DNA from: Salinispira sp.
Lineage (GTDB): Bacteria; Spirochaetota; Spirochaetia; DSM-27196; Salinispiraceae
DNA length: 64,000 nt
Direction: 5' to 3'
NCBI GenBank assembly: GCA_965602015.1
Contig: OZ271918.1
Span: 128,001-192,000, forward strand
Below are positions 34,524 through 44,064 of the stretch, in pieces; positions within the stretch are counted from its first letter, which is position 1; the number at the start of each line of letters is the position of its first letter. The notes under the pieces were generated by a model, which made no database searches, was not told the origin of the DNA, and saw only the letters and a list, made by a program, of their open reading frames with translations. The translations under genes were made by a program, and so were the position numbers.

Positions 34524-36005
34524 ATGCTCAGAACTCTAGAAGATGTAATCAAGTCCATGAAGAATCGGGAGATCAGCCCCGGTTCGGAAATTGAGGCAAT
34601 GCACCGCCTGCTGGCTGCGCACCGGGAACGGGATATTAATCTTGCCGCATTTATCGAACTCGCTCCGGGGGAAAACCAGGAGCCCATAGATTACTATTCC
34701 CTGCCCCTGGGCGGTGCGACGATAGCGGTGAAGGACAACATCGACACTGCAGATCTGGGATGCAGCGCCGGGAGTCTTGCCCTGTCGGAAGTCGCAGTGA
34801 GTCAGGACGCCTTCCTCGTTCGCAAGATAAGGGCTGCAGGCGGAGTGGTTGCGGGAAAGACGAATCTCAGCGAATGGGCAAATTTCCGCTCGACCCGATC
34901 CATGAGCGGCTGGAGCTCCGCCGGCGGTCAGTGCAGGAACCCCTTTGTTATGGACCGAAGCCCCTGCGGCTCCAGTTCCGGTTCAGCCGTCGCGGTAGCC
35001 GGGGGCTATGTCAGCGCCGCCATCGGTACCGAAACCGACGGATCGATTATCTGCCCCGCGGCAACGAACGGAATCGTCGGGCTCAAGCCGACCATGGGAA
35101 GGGTGAGCCGCGGCGGTATCGTGCCAATAGCTGAAAGCCAGGATACCGCCGGTCCCATGGCCAACACCGTTCGGGATGCTGCGCTGCTTCTTAAAGCAAT
35201 TGAGGGTGAAGACCCCATGGATCCCGCTACCGCGGATCGGCGCAGGGACACGTCGGCTGAACTGTTCAGCGATATGGGCATGAAAGATCTGGCGCCACTC
35301 CGTTTGGGTTATTTCGAGGGGGGAGACGGATTCATCTCCACGGTGAAGAGCGAGTTTCACGTCGCCCTCAGCCTGCTGGAAGAAGCCGGAGCCGAACTGA
35401 GAAACATCGGCAGCATACCTCAGCTGAAAGAGATACATGATGCGGAATTCCAGGTGCTGCTCTGTGAATTCAGGGATGACATCGAAAGCTATTTTGAGAA
35501 ATACCGTCGCAACGGGAGCTTTTCCAGCCTCAATGAGTTGATCGTGTACAATATTGGTAATCGCGGTTCGGTAATGCCTTATTTCGGGCAGGAGCTCTTT
35601 TATATGGCTTCCGATACAAAGGGGCGTCGGGACAAGCGCTACGCTCCGGCGAAAGAGCGCTGTCAAACCCTTGCGGTAAAAGAGGGCCTGGAACTGATGT
35701 TTGATGAATATCGTCTCGATGCTCTGCTGATGCCCAGCAACAATCCCGCATGGCTCATCGATCCGCTCCTCGGTGATTACGGAACCGGGGGGAGCTCTAC
35801 TTTGGCGGCGGTCAGCGGTTGGCCATCGCTTACCGTCCCCATGACCAGAATTTACTCGCTTCCGGTAGGGTTGACCATCGTCGGAAGGCCATGGAGCGAA
35901 TCCAGGATTTTGGGAATCGGGGAATATTTTGAAAGAAAAAGAGGGGTGTTGAAACCAGCTGAGTTTACCAAAAGTCTCAATTTCGAGGGCGTTAAGCGCT
36001 ATTAA
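34524..36005 (+). CDS. Amidase signature family enzyme
   Basis: KDNIDT, GKTNLSEWANFRS, GSSSGSA, GTETDGSIICP. Confidence 0.95.
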   Translation: MLRTLEDVIKSMKNREISPGSEIEAMHRLLAAHRERDINLAAFIELAPGENQEPIDYYSLPLGGATIAVKDNIDTADLGCSAGSLALSEVAVSQDAFLVRKIRAAGGVVAGKTNLSEWANFRSTRSMSGWSSAGGQCRNPFVMDRSPCGSSSGSAVAVAGGYVSAAIGTETDGSIICPAATNGIVGLKPTMGRVSRGGIVPIAESQDTAGPMANTVRDAALLLKAIEGEDPMDPATADRRRDTSAELFSDMGMKDLAPLRLGYFEGGDGFISTVKSEFHVALSLLEEAGAELRNIGSIPQLKEIHDAEFQVLLCEFRDDIESYFEKYRRNGSFSSLNELIVYNIGNRGSVMPYFGQELFYMASDTKGRRDKRYAPAKERCQTLAVKEGLELMFDEYRLDALLMPSNNPAWLIDPLLGDYGTGGSSTLAAVSGWPSLTVPMTRIYSLPVGLTIVGRPWSESRILGIGEYFERKRGVLKPAEFTKSLNFEGVKRY

Positions 36006-36054
36006 GTGTGTGCTGTAAGCTAATAAGAGCTTGCTACAGCCTGATAAGATCCTG

Positions 36055-37059
36055 CTATAACAACAGGTCCTCAACGGGCCCCTGCACTTCGATTCCCGCC
36101 GCCGAGCTGCTGCCCTCCCATACCAGGCTGCCGCGCATAAACAGTCGGCAGGAAATCCTGCCGGCCACAGTTTCCTTTATCACCCTGTCCATCGCGCCTT
36201 TTCTGGGAGCAATAAGATCGCGGCCCTCGTCGCTCGATGCGCTAATCTCGAGACGGTACGATGCGCCGGCGATTATTGCGGATACTTCCAAGGTTTTTCC
36301 GGCCCTGCGTATTTCGGTTTTCCGCAGTTTGTAACGCGAATAGCTGCCAAAGACCAGGGCGTCGGGCAGGATCTCCGGATGATAGAGAAAGCCGAGGTGA
36401 CCGGGGAAGCTTGAGCGGCCCCATGGTATATGGGCATGACTGAGCATAATGGAGGCTCCGTCGGAAAAACTGTTCGCCTGCATCCAAATCCATGCGCGGG
36501 GAAAAGAGCTCCCCCAATCCTTTTCGATATAGCCCCGTCCATTACCGAGCCCGATGGGTTTTCCTTCCAGTGAGAGATCACCTTCAATGTCATGATCCAT
36601 GGAAACCAGACCGTGGTAACATTCCATTCCCGGTATATAGCTGAATGGGCCCATTATGCCCGGCCGATAGATATGCGGTTTGAGAGCCGCTACGTTATGG
36701 TAATTAAGGCTGCCCCGGTATTCTCCCAAGACGCTGGACAGGCCGATTTGTATTCCGGAATGAGAAAAGCGGTTGCCCGCAATTTCCAAGGCGAGTTCGT
36801 TTTTAGCGAAGCGCGCCTCCTCGATTGGAAATCGGCAATAGTCGCTCCCCGCCCGCGAGTCGTTGACCTGAATAAACGAATGAGGATCGTCACCGAGGCT
36901 AATGCCGGGAATAAATGCAACCACATGGCCGTCTGTTCCCGCATGCTTGAAGTACCATCCCTCGAAGTATTCGGCGTTTCTCACGCGTTTTTGCGAGGGT
37001 TTTCCAAAGTTTGAAAAATCCGGGCCCTGGTAAAGATAACTGCGAAATGGATGCTTCAT
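36055..37059 (-). CDS. Tocopherol cyclase family protein
   Basis: YFEGWYFK, GIMGPFSYIPGMECYHG, GYIEKDWGSSFPRAWIWMQ. Confidence 0.88.
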   Translation of the reverse strand: MKHPFRSYLYQGPDFSNFGKPSQKRVRNAEYFEGWYFKHAGTDGHVVAFIPGISLGDDPHSFIQVNDSRAGSDYCRFPIEEARFAKNELALEIAGNRFSHSGIQIGLSSVLGEYRGSLNYHNVAALKPHIYRPGIMGPFSYIPGMECYHGLVSMDHDIEGDLSLEGKPIGLGNGRGYIEKDWGSSFPRAWIWMQANSFSDGASIMLSHAHIPWGRSSFPGHLGFLYHPEILPDALVFGSYSRYKLRKTEIRRAGKTLEVSAIIAGASYRLEISASSDEGRDLIAPRKGAMDRVIKETVAGRISCRLFMRGSLVWEGSSSAAGIEVQGPVEDLLL

Positions 37060-37109
37060 AGCCTTAAGTATTATCGCGCGTGGGGATTTTTACCAGGCAC
37101 TTTGAACGC

Positions 37110-37141
37110 AAAAAAAAACGGGACCCCTGAAAGGAGTCCCG
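37110..37141 (-). terminator. Intrinsic terminator of nifJ
   Basis: Minus strand CGGGACTCC-TTTCA-GGGGTCCCG followed by 9 T. Confidence 0.85.
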
Positions 37142-37159
37142 CAGATAGTAAAGGTCTGT

Positions 37160-40100
37160 TTAGAACGGGCGATCCGCAAGATAGCGGAGCTGCTTGTATT
37201 CGCTCTCAATGGTCTTCTTCTGATAGGCCAGATACTTGGCTGCATCCTCAGGATTAGCGGCCTTGAGGCTCCGGAATCGAATCTGGTTGTACATGTAGTC
37301 TTCCAGATCGATCTTTGGTTCCTTGCTGTCCAGCTGCAGAGGGTTCTTGCCCTCATCGGCAAGCTCGGGATTGTAGCGGTAGAGGGGGAACATGCCCGAT
37401 TCGACTGCCGCCTTCTGGTGCATCATACCCTCGCCCATGTCCCGGATTCCGTGGGCGATACAATGGCTGTAGGCCATGATTATCGACGGTCCGTTATAGG
37501 CTTCCGCTTCCTGGAAGGCTTTGATTGTCTGAATCCGGTTAAAGCCCATGGCCACCCTGGCGACGTATACATACCCGTAACTCATGGCGATGGCGCCCAG
37601 GTCTTTCTTCTTCGTGGGTTTTCCGCCGAAGGCGAACTTCGCAATTGCTCCGGTGGGAGTTGCCTTTGACATCTGACCGCCGGTATTGGAGTACACTTCG
37701 GTATCCATAACCAGGATATTGATGTTTTTACCGGAAGCGATGACGTGATCAAGGCCGCCGAAACCGATATCGTAGGCCCAGCCGTCGCCTCCGAGAATCC
37801 AGACGGACTTCTTGACCAGATAGTCAGCCATGTTCGCCAATTCAACAGACTCAGGAGTTTTTTTCTTGGAGAGGATTTCCTTGAGCTTCGCAACGTTGAC
37901 GCGCTGCTCTTCTATGAGCTCCTCTGTTTCCTGATTGTTGCCGACGATGGCGTCGGCCAGTTCGGGGGGAATGTCTTTCCTGTCCTTGGCTGCGGCCACA
38001 AGTTCCATACCGTATTTCTGCTGCTGATCGGCGGTGAGACGATACCCAAATCCGAATTCCGCAGCATCTTCAAACAGAGAGTTGGACCATGCGGGTCCCC
38101 GACCGTCTTCGCGGGTAGTGTAGGGGGTGGTCGGAAGGTTTCCGCCGTAAATCGACGAACATCCGGTTGCGTTGGCAATTACCGCCCGATCCCCATAAAG
38201 CTGACTCATCAGTTTAACATAAGGAGTTTCACCGCAGCCTGCGCATGCGCCGGAGAACTCAAACAGCGGCTCGAGAAGCTGGCTTCCCTTTGTGGTCTTT
38301 TTATTGACCTTATCCCGGGCAATATTGGGAATTGTGAGGAAGTACTCCCAGTTTTCCTTCTCCGAATCCCGAAGAGGCGCCTGAAGTTCCATGTTGATGG
38401 CTTTCCGGTCTGTCTTGTTGCCCTCATCATCCTTGGCAAAAGCCGGGCAGATGTTTACGCAGGCGCCGCATCCCGTACAATCTTCGGGAGCGACCTGGAT
38501 GGTGAACTTCATACCCGCAAGATCCTTGCCCTTGGCATCGCAGTGCTGGAAGGTTTTCGGTGCTTTTTGGGTGAAGCCGTCATCGTAGGCCTTCATCCTG
38601 ATGGTCGCGTGGGGACAAACCGCTGAACAGTCGCCGCACTGTATACACACCTGTGGATCCCAGACGGGGATATACTCGGCGATGTTCCGCTTCTCGTATT
38701 TGGTGGTGGCTACCGGAAAGGTGCCGTCCACCGGGAGCTTGGACAGGGGAATTTTATGTCCCCGGTTCGCCATTATCTCTGCGGTGACTTCCCTTACGAA
38801 AGTCGGCGCGTCAGCAGGAACCAGAGCCGGTTTCTTTATGCTGCTGGAAGCCTTCTTCGGGTAATTGACCGCCACAACCTTGCTGAGAGCCGCATCGACG
38901 GTGCGAATGTTTGCATCGACGATGTCTTTTCCCTTCTTGGAATAGGTCTTGATGATGGCTTCCTTGATGAGATTTACCGCCTCGGCCTCAGGCAAAATAC
39001 CGGATATTTTGAAAAATGCGGTCTGCATTATGACGTTGATCCGGTTGCCCATTCCCATTTCCTCGGCGAGCTTAACCGCATCGATGACGAAGAATTTTGC
39101 CTCTTTTTCGATAATCTGCTTCTGCACCTCGACGGGCATTTTGTCCCAGACTTCGTCCGCCGAATAGGGGCTGGCAAGCAGAAAGGTTCCGCCCTTCTGA
39201 AGCATATCCAGCATTTCGACTTTTTCCAGGAACGCAAACTTGTGACAGGCCACGAAGTTGGCATCCTGAATAAGATAGGTTGAGCGGATGTGGCTCGGTC
39301 CGAAACGGAGGTGGCTAGCGGTGGTAGTGCCGGCCTTTTTGGAATCATAGACGAAATAGCCCTGGGCATAGTTCTCAGTGGCTCCGCCGATAATTTTGAT
39401 GCTGTTTTTATTCGCGCCTACGGTTCCGTCCGACCCGAGGCCAAAAAACACCGCGCGGTGAACGTCATCGCTCTCGGTGATAAAGTGCTCGTCGAATGCC
39501 AGGCTGGTACCGCTGACATCGTCATTGATGCCGACTGTGAAGTGATTCTTTGGAGCATCGCTCTTTAGATTGTCGAATACCGCTTTCATCATGCCCGGAG
39601 TGGTTCCGTGCTGCTGGAGACCCAGGCCGTGACGGCCGCCGACTACCTTGGGATAGTTCTTGAACGGAGCGCTGCCTTCTGACATAGCTTCACCGATTGC
39701 CGTTCTGATGTCCTCATAGAGGGGCTCGCCCAGAGATCCCGGTTCTTTTGTCATGTCGAGGGTGGCGATTGCTTTGACGCTTGCGGGCAGTGCATCAATA
39801 AAATGCCTGGTGCTGAAGGGGCGGAAGAGATGAACCTTAACAAGACCGACCTTTTCACCTTGTTTGTTGAGGAAATCTACGGTTTCTTCGGCGGTTTCCG
39901 CAGCTGAACCCATCAGAATTACGACTCTCTCCGCGTCGGGAGCGCCGTAGTAATCAAAAAGCTTGTACTGGCGGCCGGTGAGTTTCGCGAATTTGTCCAT
40001 GGTCTTCTGAACAATTTCCGGAGTCGCGTTATAGAACTTGTTGACGGTTTCCCTGGAGGCAAAATAGACATCGGGATTCTGGCTGGTACCGGTGATCGAG

Positions 40101-40741
40101 GGATGCTCGGGATCCAGTCCCCGGGCGCGGTGGGCATGAACCAGTTTCATGTCAATCATGTCTTTCATTACTTCATAGGACACTTCTTCAATCTTGTGAA
40201 CTTCGTGGCTGGTACGGAAGCCGTCGAAAAAGTGCAGAAAGGGTACTCGGGACTCGAGGGTCGCAGCCTGGGCGATAAGGGCGTTATCCATGGCTTCCTG
40301 AACGTTGTTGGAAGCCAGCATTGCGAACCCCGTAGAACGGGCCGCCATGACGTCGCTGTGATCACCAAAGATGCTCAGTCCCTGGGCAGCGATTGCCCGG
40401 GCAGCTATGTGGAAAACCGTCGGAGTCAACTCGCCGGCAATCTTGAACATATTCGGGATCATCAGCAATAATCCCTGGCTTGCAGTAAAGGTGGTCGTCA
40501 AAGCACCGGTGGCAAGGGCTCCGTGAACCGCACCGGCGGCTCCCGCTTCGCTCTGCATTTCCTCAACGTGGGGAACCGTTCCGAATATATTTTTCTTCCC
40601 CTTCGCGGAGAATTCATCCGAGAGTTCTCCCATCGGGGAGGAAGGAGTAATCGGATAAATTGCGATTACCTCGTTAGTTGCATGGGCAACGTGGGCTACC
40701 GCCGCATTGCCGTCAACAATCACCATCTTTTTATCTGACAT
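37160..40741 (-). CDS. nifJ: Pyruvate:ferredoxin (flavodoxin) oxidoreductase
   Basis: YPITPSS, GLGSDGTVGANK, two CxxCxxCxxxCP, FSGACAGCGET, GGDGWAYDIG. Confidence 0.98.
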   Translation of the reverse strand: MSDKKMVIVDGNAAVAHVAHATNEVIAIYPITPSSPMGELSDEFSAKGKKNIFGTVPHVEEMQSEAGAAGAVHGALATGALTTTFTASQGLLLMIPNMFKIAGELTPTVFHIAARAIAAQGLSIFGDHSDVMAARSTGFAMLASNNVQEAMDNALIAQAATLESRVPFLHFFDGFRTSHEVHKIEEVSYEVMKDMIDMKLVHAHRARGLDPEHPSITGTSQNPDVYFASRETVNKFYNATPEIVQKTMDKFAKLTGRQYKLFDYYGAPDAERVVILMGSAAETAEETVDFLNKQGEKVGLVKVHLFRPFSTRHFIDALPASVKAIATLDMTKEPGSLGEPLYEDIRTAIGEAMSEGSAPFKNYPKVVGGRHGLGLQQHGTTPGMMKAVFDNLKSDAPKNHFTVGINDDVSGTSLAFDEHFITESDDVHRAVFFGLGSDGTVGANKNSIKIIGGATENYAQGYFVYDSKKAGTTTASHLRFGPSHIRSTYLIQDANFVACHKFAFLEKVEMLDMLQKGGTFLLASPYSADEVWDKMPVEVQKQIIEKEAKFFVIDAVKLAEEMGMGNRINVIMQTAFFKISGILPEAEAVNLIKEAIIKTYSKKGKDIVDANIRTVDAALSKVVAVNYPKKASSSIKKPALVPADAPTFVREVTAEIMANRGHKIPLSKLPVDGTFPVATTKYEKRNIAEYIPVWDPQVCIQCGDCSAVCPHATIRMKAYDDGFTQKAPKTFQHCDAKGKDLAGMKFTIQVAPEDCTGCGACVNICPAFAKDDEGNKTDRKAINMELQAPLRDSEKENWEYFLTIPNIARDKVNKKTTKGSQLLEPLFEFSGACAGCGETPYVKLMSQLYGDRAVIANATGCSSIYGGNLPTTPYTTREDGRGPAWSNSLFEDAAEFGFGYRLTADQQQKYGMELVAAAKDRKDIPPELADAIVGNNQETEELIEEQRVNVAKLKEILSKKKTPESVELANMADYLVKKSVWILGGDGWAYDIGFGGLDHVIASGKNINILVMDTEVYSNTGGQMSKATPTGAIAKFAFGGKPTKKKDLGAIAMSYGYVYVARVAMGFNRIQTIKAFQEAEAYNGPSIIMAYSHCIAHGIRDMGEGMMHQKAAVESGMFPLYRYNPELADEGKNPLQLDSKEPKIDLEDYMYNQIRFRSLKAANPEDAAKYLAYQKKTIESEYKQLRYLADRPF

Positions 40742-40889
40742 AGTGATTCCTCTTCTTTCGTGGTTTTTGGTGGCGCAATCAGGGAATAAAACCTGATATT
40801 TTTAAGCTTTGTAAAAGCTTGGTACAAGCTCATAATAAACCGTCGCATGCCGTATGGCAAGTGACTATTTGTATCAACAATGGCATTAT

Positions 40890-40907
40890 ATGTGAAAAAG
40901 ATCACAA
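40890..40907. promoter_or_regulatory. Rex-like operator upstream of nifJ
   Basis: ATGTGAA-AAAG-ATCACAA vs TTGTGAA-N4-TTCACAA; abuts a minus-strand TATAAT at 40885-40890. Confidence 0.55.
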
Positions 40908-40989
40908 AAAAATCATTAACGATTCTTTTATTTTCATTTGGAGTGAGGAAATTCTGTATTCGCGCTATCAAACTGAGTATTCTGTACCT

Positions 40990-41136
40990 ACTGCCCCCAA
41001 AACAGCTGATATGAAGGCGGTAAAGCCTTTGCTCTTAACGAATAGGGTGAGTTTTTTTGGAAGTTCATCAGACGTGTAGATTTTTACTGTTGGGCAAAAG
41101 AACTACATACTTTAAATCAGCTGTTTTGGGGGCAGT
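40990..41136. mobile_element. 147-bp MITE sharing TIRs with the IS at 25350
   Basis: ACTGCCCCCAAAACAGCTGAT / ATCAGCTGTTTTGGGGGCAGT, perfect 21-bp IR; 19-bp core identical to the IS ends. Confidence 0.88.
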
Positions 41137-41174
41137 GACATCTACTCAATCTTGTACAACGAAGGAGCACACCT

Positions 41175-41627
41175 ATGTCCAGATGGAAGCACCCTGATCC
41201 CCTGGGTTTCGTTAAGGAAGCCAATACTGACACCGCGATGGAAACCCTGGGCATCGAAATCGACGAAATAAATGAAGAGGGAATCGGCGGAACCATGCCG
41301 GTTGATCACCGGCATAAACGCCCAGGGGGAATCCTGCACGGGGGCGTAACCTGCGTCCTGGCGGAAACCTTGGGGAGCTACGGCTCTTGGCTACTCATCG
41401 ACTCCCAGCGCTATACCGTTGTGGGCCAGCAAATAATTTGCAACCATCTGCGGCCGGTAACCGGCGGAAGCGTCCGGGCCTTTGCACGCACTATTCATGT
41501 GGGACGACGCAGTCATATTTGGGACATCGATGTGTTCAACCAGGACGGCAAGCCCGCAGCTTCGGCCCGGCTCACCGTCGCAGTGCTGGACAAACGCGGT
41601 GATTCTCCGGTTCCCCAACCCCGCTGA
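41175..41627 (+). CDS. PaaI/hotdog-fold thioesterase
   Basis: PGGILHGGVTCVLAETLGS, NHLRPV, HVGRR. Confidence 0.93.
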   Translation: MSRWKHPDPLGFVKEANTDTAMETLGIEIDEINEEGIGGTMPVDHRHKRPGGILHGGVTCVLAETLGSYGSWLLIDSQRYTVVGQQIICNHLRPVTGGSVRAFARTIHVGRRSHIWDIDVFNQDGKPAASARLTVAVLDKRGDSPVPQPR

Positions 41628-41679
41628 CGGCAAGCTCGCAGCGGCGGCAGCAGTGCGTCCGGTGTTAAAGAAACCAGGG

Positions 41680-42960
41680 TTACAGGAATTGTGCGCGAAA
41701 TTTTTCCGCGATCACCAATTCGGGGTACAGCATGCGTAGAGCCTGCTCTATCCTCTGAGAATATTTGGGGAGAAGTTTGCCTGCTGCAAGAATCCACAGT
41801 ATGGGCGGATTATCCTGGAGCAGCTCGGTATTCCCCATTTTCTCCCGGAGAATTGTCATGAGGATATTGCCGATGGTACCGGTGGTTACCGGGTCTTCCT
41901 TCGCCGCGCTTTCGGATATTTGAGCCATTATGGCCCGGTCCTTGTTCCGAATGGCCTCGGTCATCTCGTCCACTGTGTAGCAGCGGCCTGAATCAATTCC
42001 ATAGCAGCGGCCGGTTGCCTCGAGGATCCCCACAGCTTTATTCTTGTAGTTCCGGATTCCCTCCGGCAGCGATTCCCGATTATAGCTGGCCTGGTCACGT
42101 TGCAGTTTGTCTAGCAGGTTGTTCGAATCGCTTGAAAAATCGATATAGTAGTTTTTCCCCTCCAGCTCTCCCAGTATGCGTCGGGCGTCCAGCTCCCCCA
42201 TGAGCCGGCTCTGTCGATAACTTTTGGGATGGAAATCCATGATATGGGGTAGGGGTTTGCTGTTTTTTATATACATCATCCGCATGTTCTCGTGTTCGGG
42301 TTTGTGGACGATTCCCATGGACGAGATATCAATTATTACCAGATCCCGGTATCCCCGGTTTTGCATCATCGATGACGGCACGTTATCGTTCATCCCGCCG
42401 TCGGTGAAATGTTGGTTGTCGATTTTCGCCGCCTTGAAAAGCGGAAAGGATGCGCTGGCGTATAGATACTCGGGGAGCTTTCCCGGTTCCATTTCGTCGA
42501 GGAATAGCTTGATAGGTTTCATCTGGGGAACTGCAAAGGTGACGATTCCCAAATCGATATTGCGCTTTCGCAGATAATCTTCTCGAGTGTAGCGGGATAT
42601 GAGCTTCAGCAAGGGCGAAGAGTCCAGTCCTCCCCGGCGCAATACTTCCTGGTACAGGCCGCGGAAGGTTTTGAGGGTCATTTTGGTCATATCGGCTGGG
42701 GTCATATCCTTGGGCAGAACCAGTACATCGGAGAGGGTCATGGTCTCCCACAGTTCACAAGCCAGGTCGTAATCGTTCTGAGCCATGAGAGCGGCGTTTA
42801 GCGCTCCCACGCTGGTGCCCGCAAATCCGTCGAAGGCGAATTTGTGTTTTCTCAGGATGGTCCACACGCCGAGCTGATATGCCCCGCGCGCGGCGCCGCC
42901 GGCCAGAACAATTCCGGAATGATACGGGCGGATTTTCGCTTTTCTGTTGAGAATCGACAT
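41680..42960 (-). CDS. Patatin-like phospholipase
   Basis: GGAARGAYQ, GTSVG, DGG. Confidence 0.93.
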   Translation of the reverse strand: MSILNRKAKIRPYHSGIVLAGGAARGAYQLGVWTILRKHKFAFDGFAGTSVGALNAALMAQNDYDLACELWETMTLSDVLVLPKDMTPADMTKMTLKTFRGLYQEVLRRGGLDSSPLLKLISRYTREDYLRKRNIDLGIVTFAVPQMKPIKLFLDEMEPGKLPEYLYASASFPLFKAAKIDNQHFTDGGMNDNVPSSMMQNRGYRDLVIIDISSMGIVHKPEHENMRMMYIKNSKPLPHIMDFHPKSYRQSRLMGELDARRILGELEGKNYYIDFSSDSNNLLDKLQRDQASYNRESLPEGIRNYKNKAVGILEATGRCYGIDSGRCYTVDEMTEAIRNKDRAIMAQISESAAKEDPVTTGTIGNILMTILREKMGNTELLQDNPPILWILAAGKLLPKYSQRIEQALRMLYPELVIAEKFRAQFL

Positions 42961-43143
42961 GATTCACAGAGTATACGCCATTGATGCGGCCTGCTCCAGA
43001 TAGAAGTCCGTCAGTATTGTCCAATTACCCCAGCTGTTGCAGGCGCGCAGACTACGGTGTACAGTGCGGTTTACTCAATTTATTGAGCCGGACGGGCATG
43101 CAAAACAGCCATGCCCTGGCAAACCATGAACCGTGGAGGAACG

Positions 43144-44064
43144 ATGATCTGGGGTATTCTTATGGCGCTCGGCGCCGCGGCTGCCTGGGCTCACAACTCA
43201 ATTGTCTACACCTTTGCCGGACGCCGGGTGAGTTCCCGGACCACGGCTCATATTCGCATGTGGTTCGCCCTGCCTATCAGCATGCTCATCCACCTGCTCA
43301 TTCTGGGTAGAGTCATTCCCGGGAGCTCCGGCGGCCTGAGCCTGCTGATGTCCGCCCTTTCAGGGGTCACGGGATACTTCATCGCCGACTTATTGATCTT
43401 CCAGGCCTTCCTGCATCTCGGCCCCCGGGACACCATGCTGGTGATGACCACCAGTCCGATTTTTTCCGCCCTCCTTTCCTGGATTTTCTACGGGGAATTG
43501 CTCAGCCCCATGTCCGGGCTTGCGGCTGCGGTTATTCTCGCCGGTGTGGCTTTGGTGATTCTCGATGTTACCCCGCAGGGCGGATTGGCGGCAGACGGTC
43601 ATCTTGACGCCGACCAGCGCCGCAGGGAGAAAATCGTCGGGACAATAATCGCCCTCGGCGGGGCCCTCGCCCAGGCGGTGGGTATCGTTTTTTCCAAGTA
43701 CAGCCTGATGGCCGGCGATCATCCTGTTGAGGTCAATGTAGTCCGGCTTGTTGCCGGCCTGGTGGCCTTTACGGTTTTTCTACTGGCCAAAGGCGAGTTT
43801 GCCGGGGATTTTCGCAAGATGAAGGACCGCCGGGCGCTGTTTTTTATCGCCTTTGGAGCGTTGGTGGGTCCCTCATTGGGGGTGCTCGGGGCTCTTTACG
43901 CAGTGCTCTATATTCCCGTCGGCATTGCGGCGGTGCTCATGCAAACCACTCCGGTAATGCTGCTGCCCCTCGAACGCATCCTCTTCAAGCGGAAGATCCA
44001 CTACCTGGCTGTGCTTGGCACCCTGACTGCCCTCGCAGGTATCAGTCTGCTGATTCTGGCCTGA
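43144..44064 (+). CDS. DMT/EamA family transporter
   Basis: 10 TM helices in two repeats; SD GGAGGA before ATG 43144. Confidence 0.9.
   Translation: MIWGILMALGAAAAWAHNSIVYTFAGRRVSSRTTAHIRMWFALPISMLIHLLILGRVIPGSSGGLSLLMSALSGVTGYFIADLLIFQAFLHLGPRDTMLVMTTSPIFSALLSWIFYGELLSPMSGLAAAVILAGVALVILDVTPQGGLAADGHLDADQRRREKIVGTIIALGGALAQAVGIVFSKYSLMAGDHPVEVNVVRLVAGLVAFTVFLLAKGEFAGDFRKMKDRRALFFIAFGALVGPSLGVLGALYAVLYIPVGIAAVLMQTTPVMLLPLERILFKRKIHYLAVLGTLTALAGISLLILA

Noticed and set aside
34983..36074. 363-aa antisense ORF (likewise 52948-53994, 62449-63612, 37745-38626, 60648-61433)
   Set aside because: Shadow frames opposite well-supported genes; no recognisable motifs
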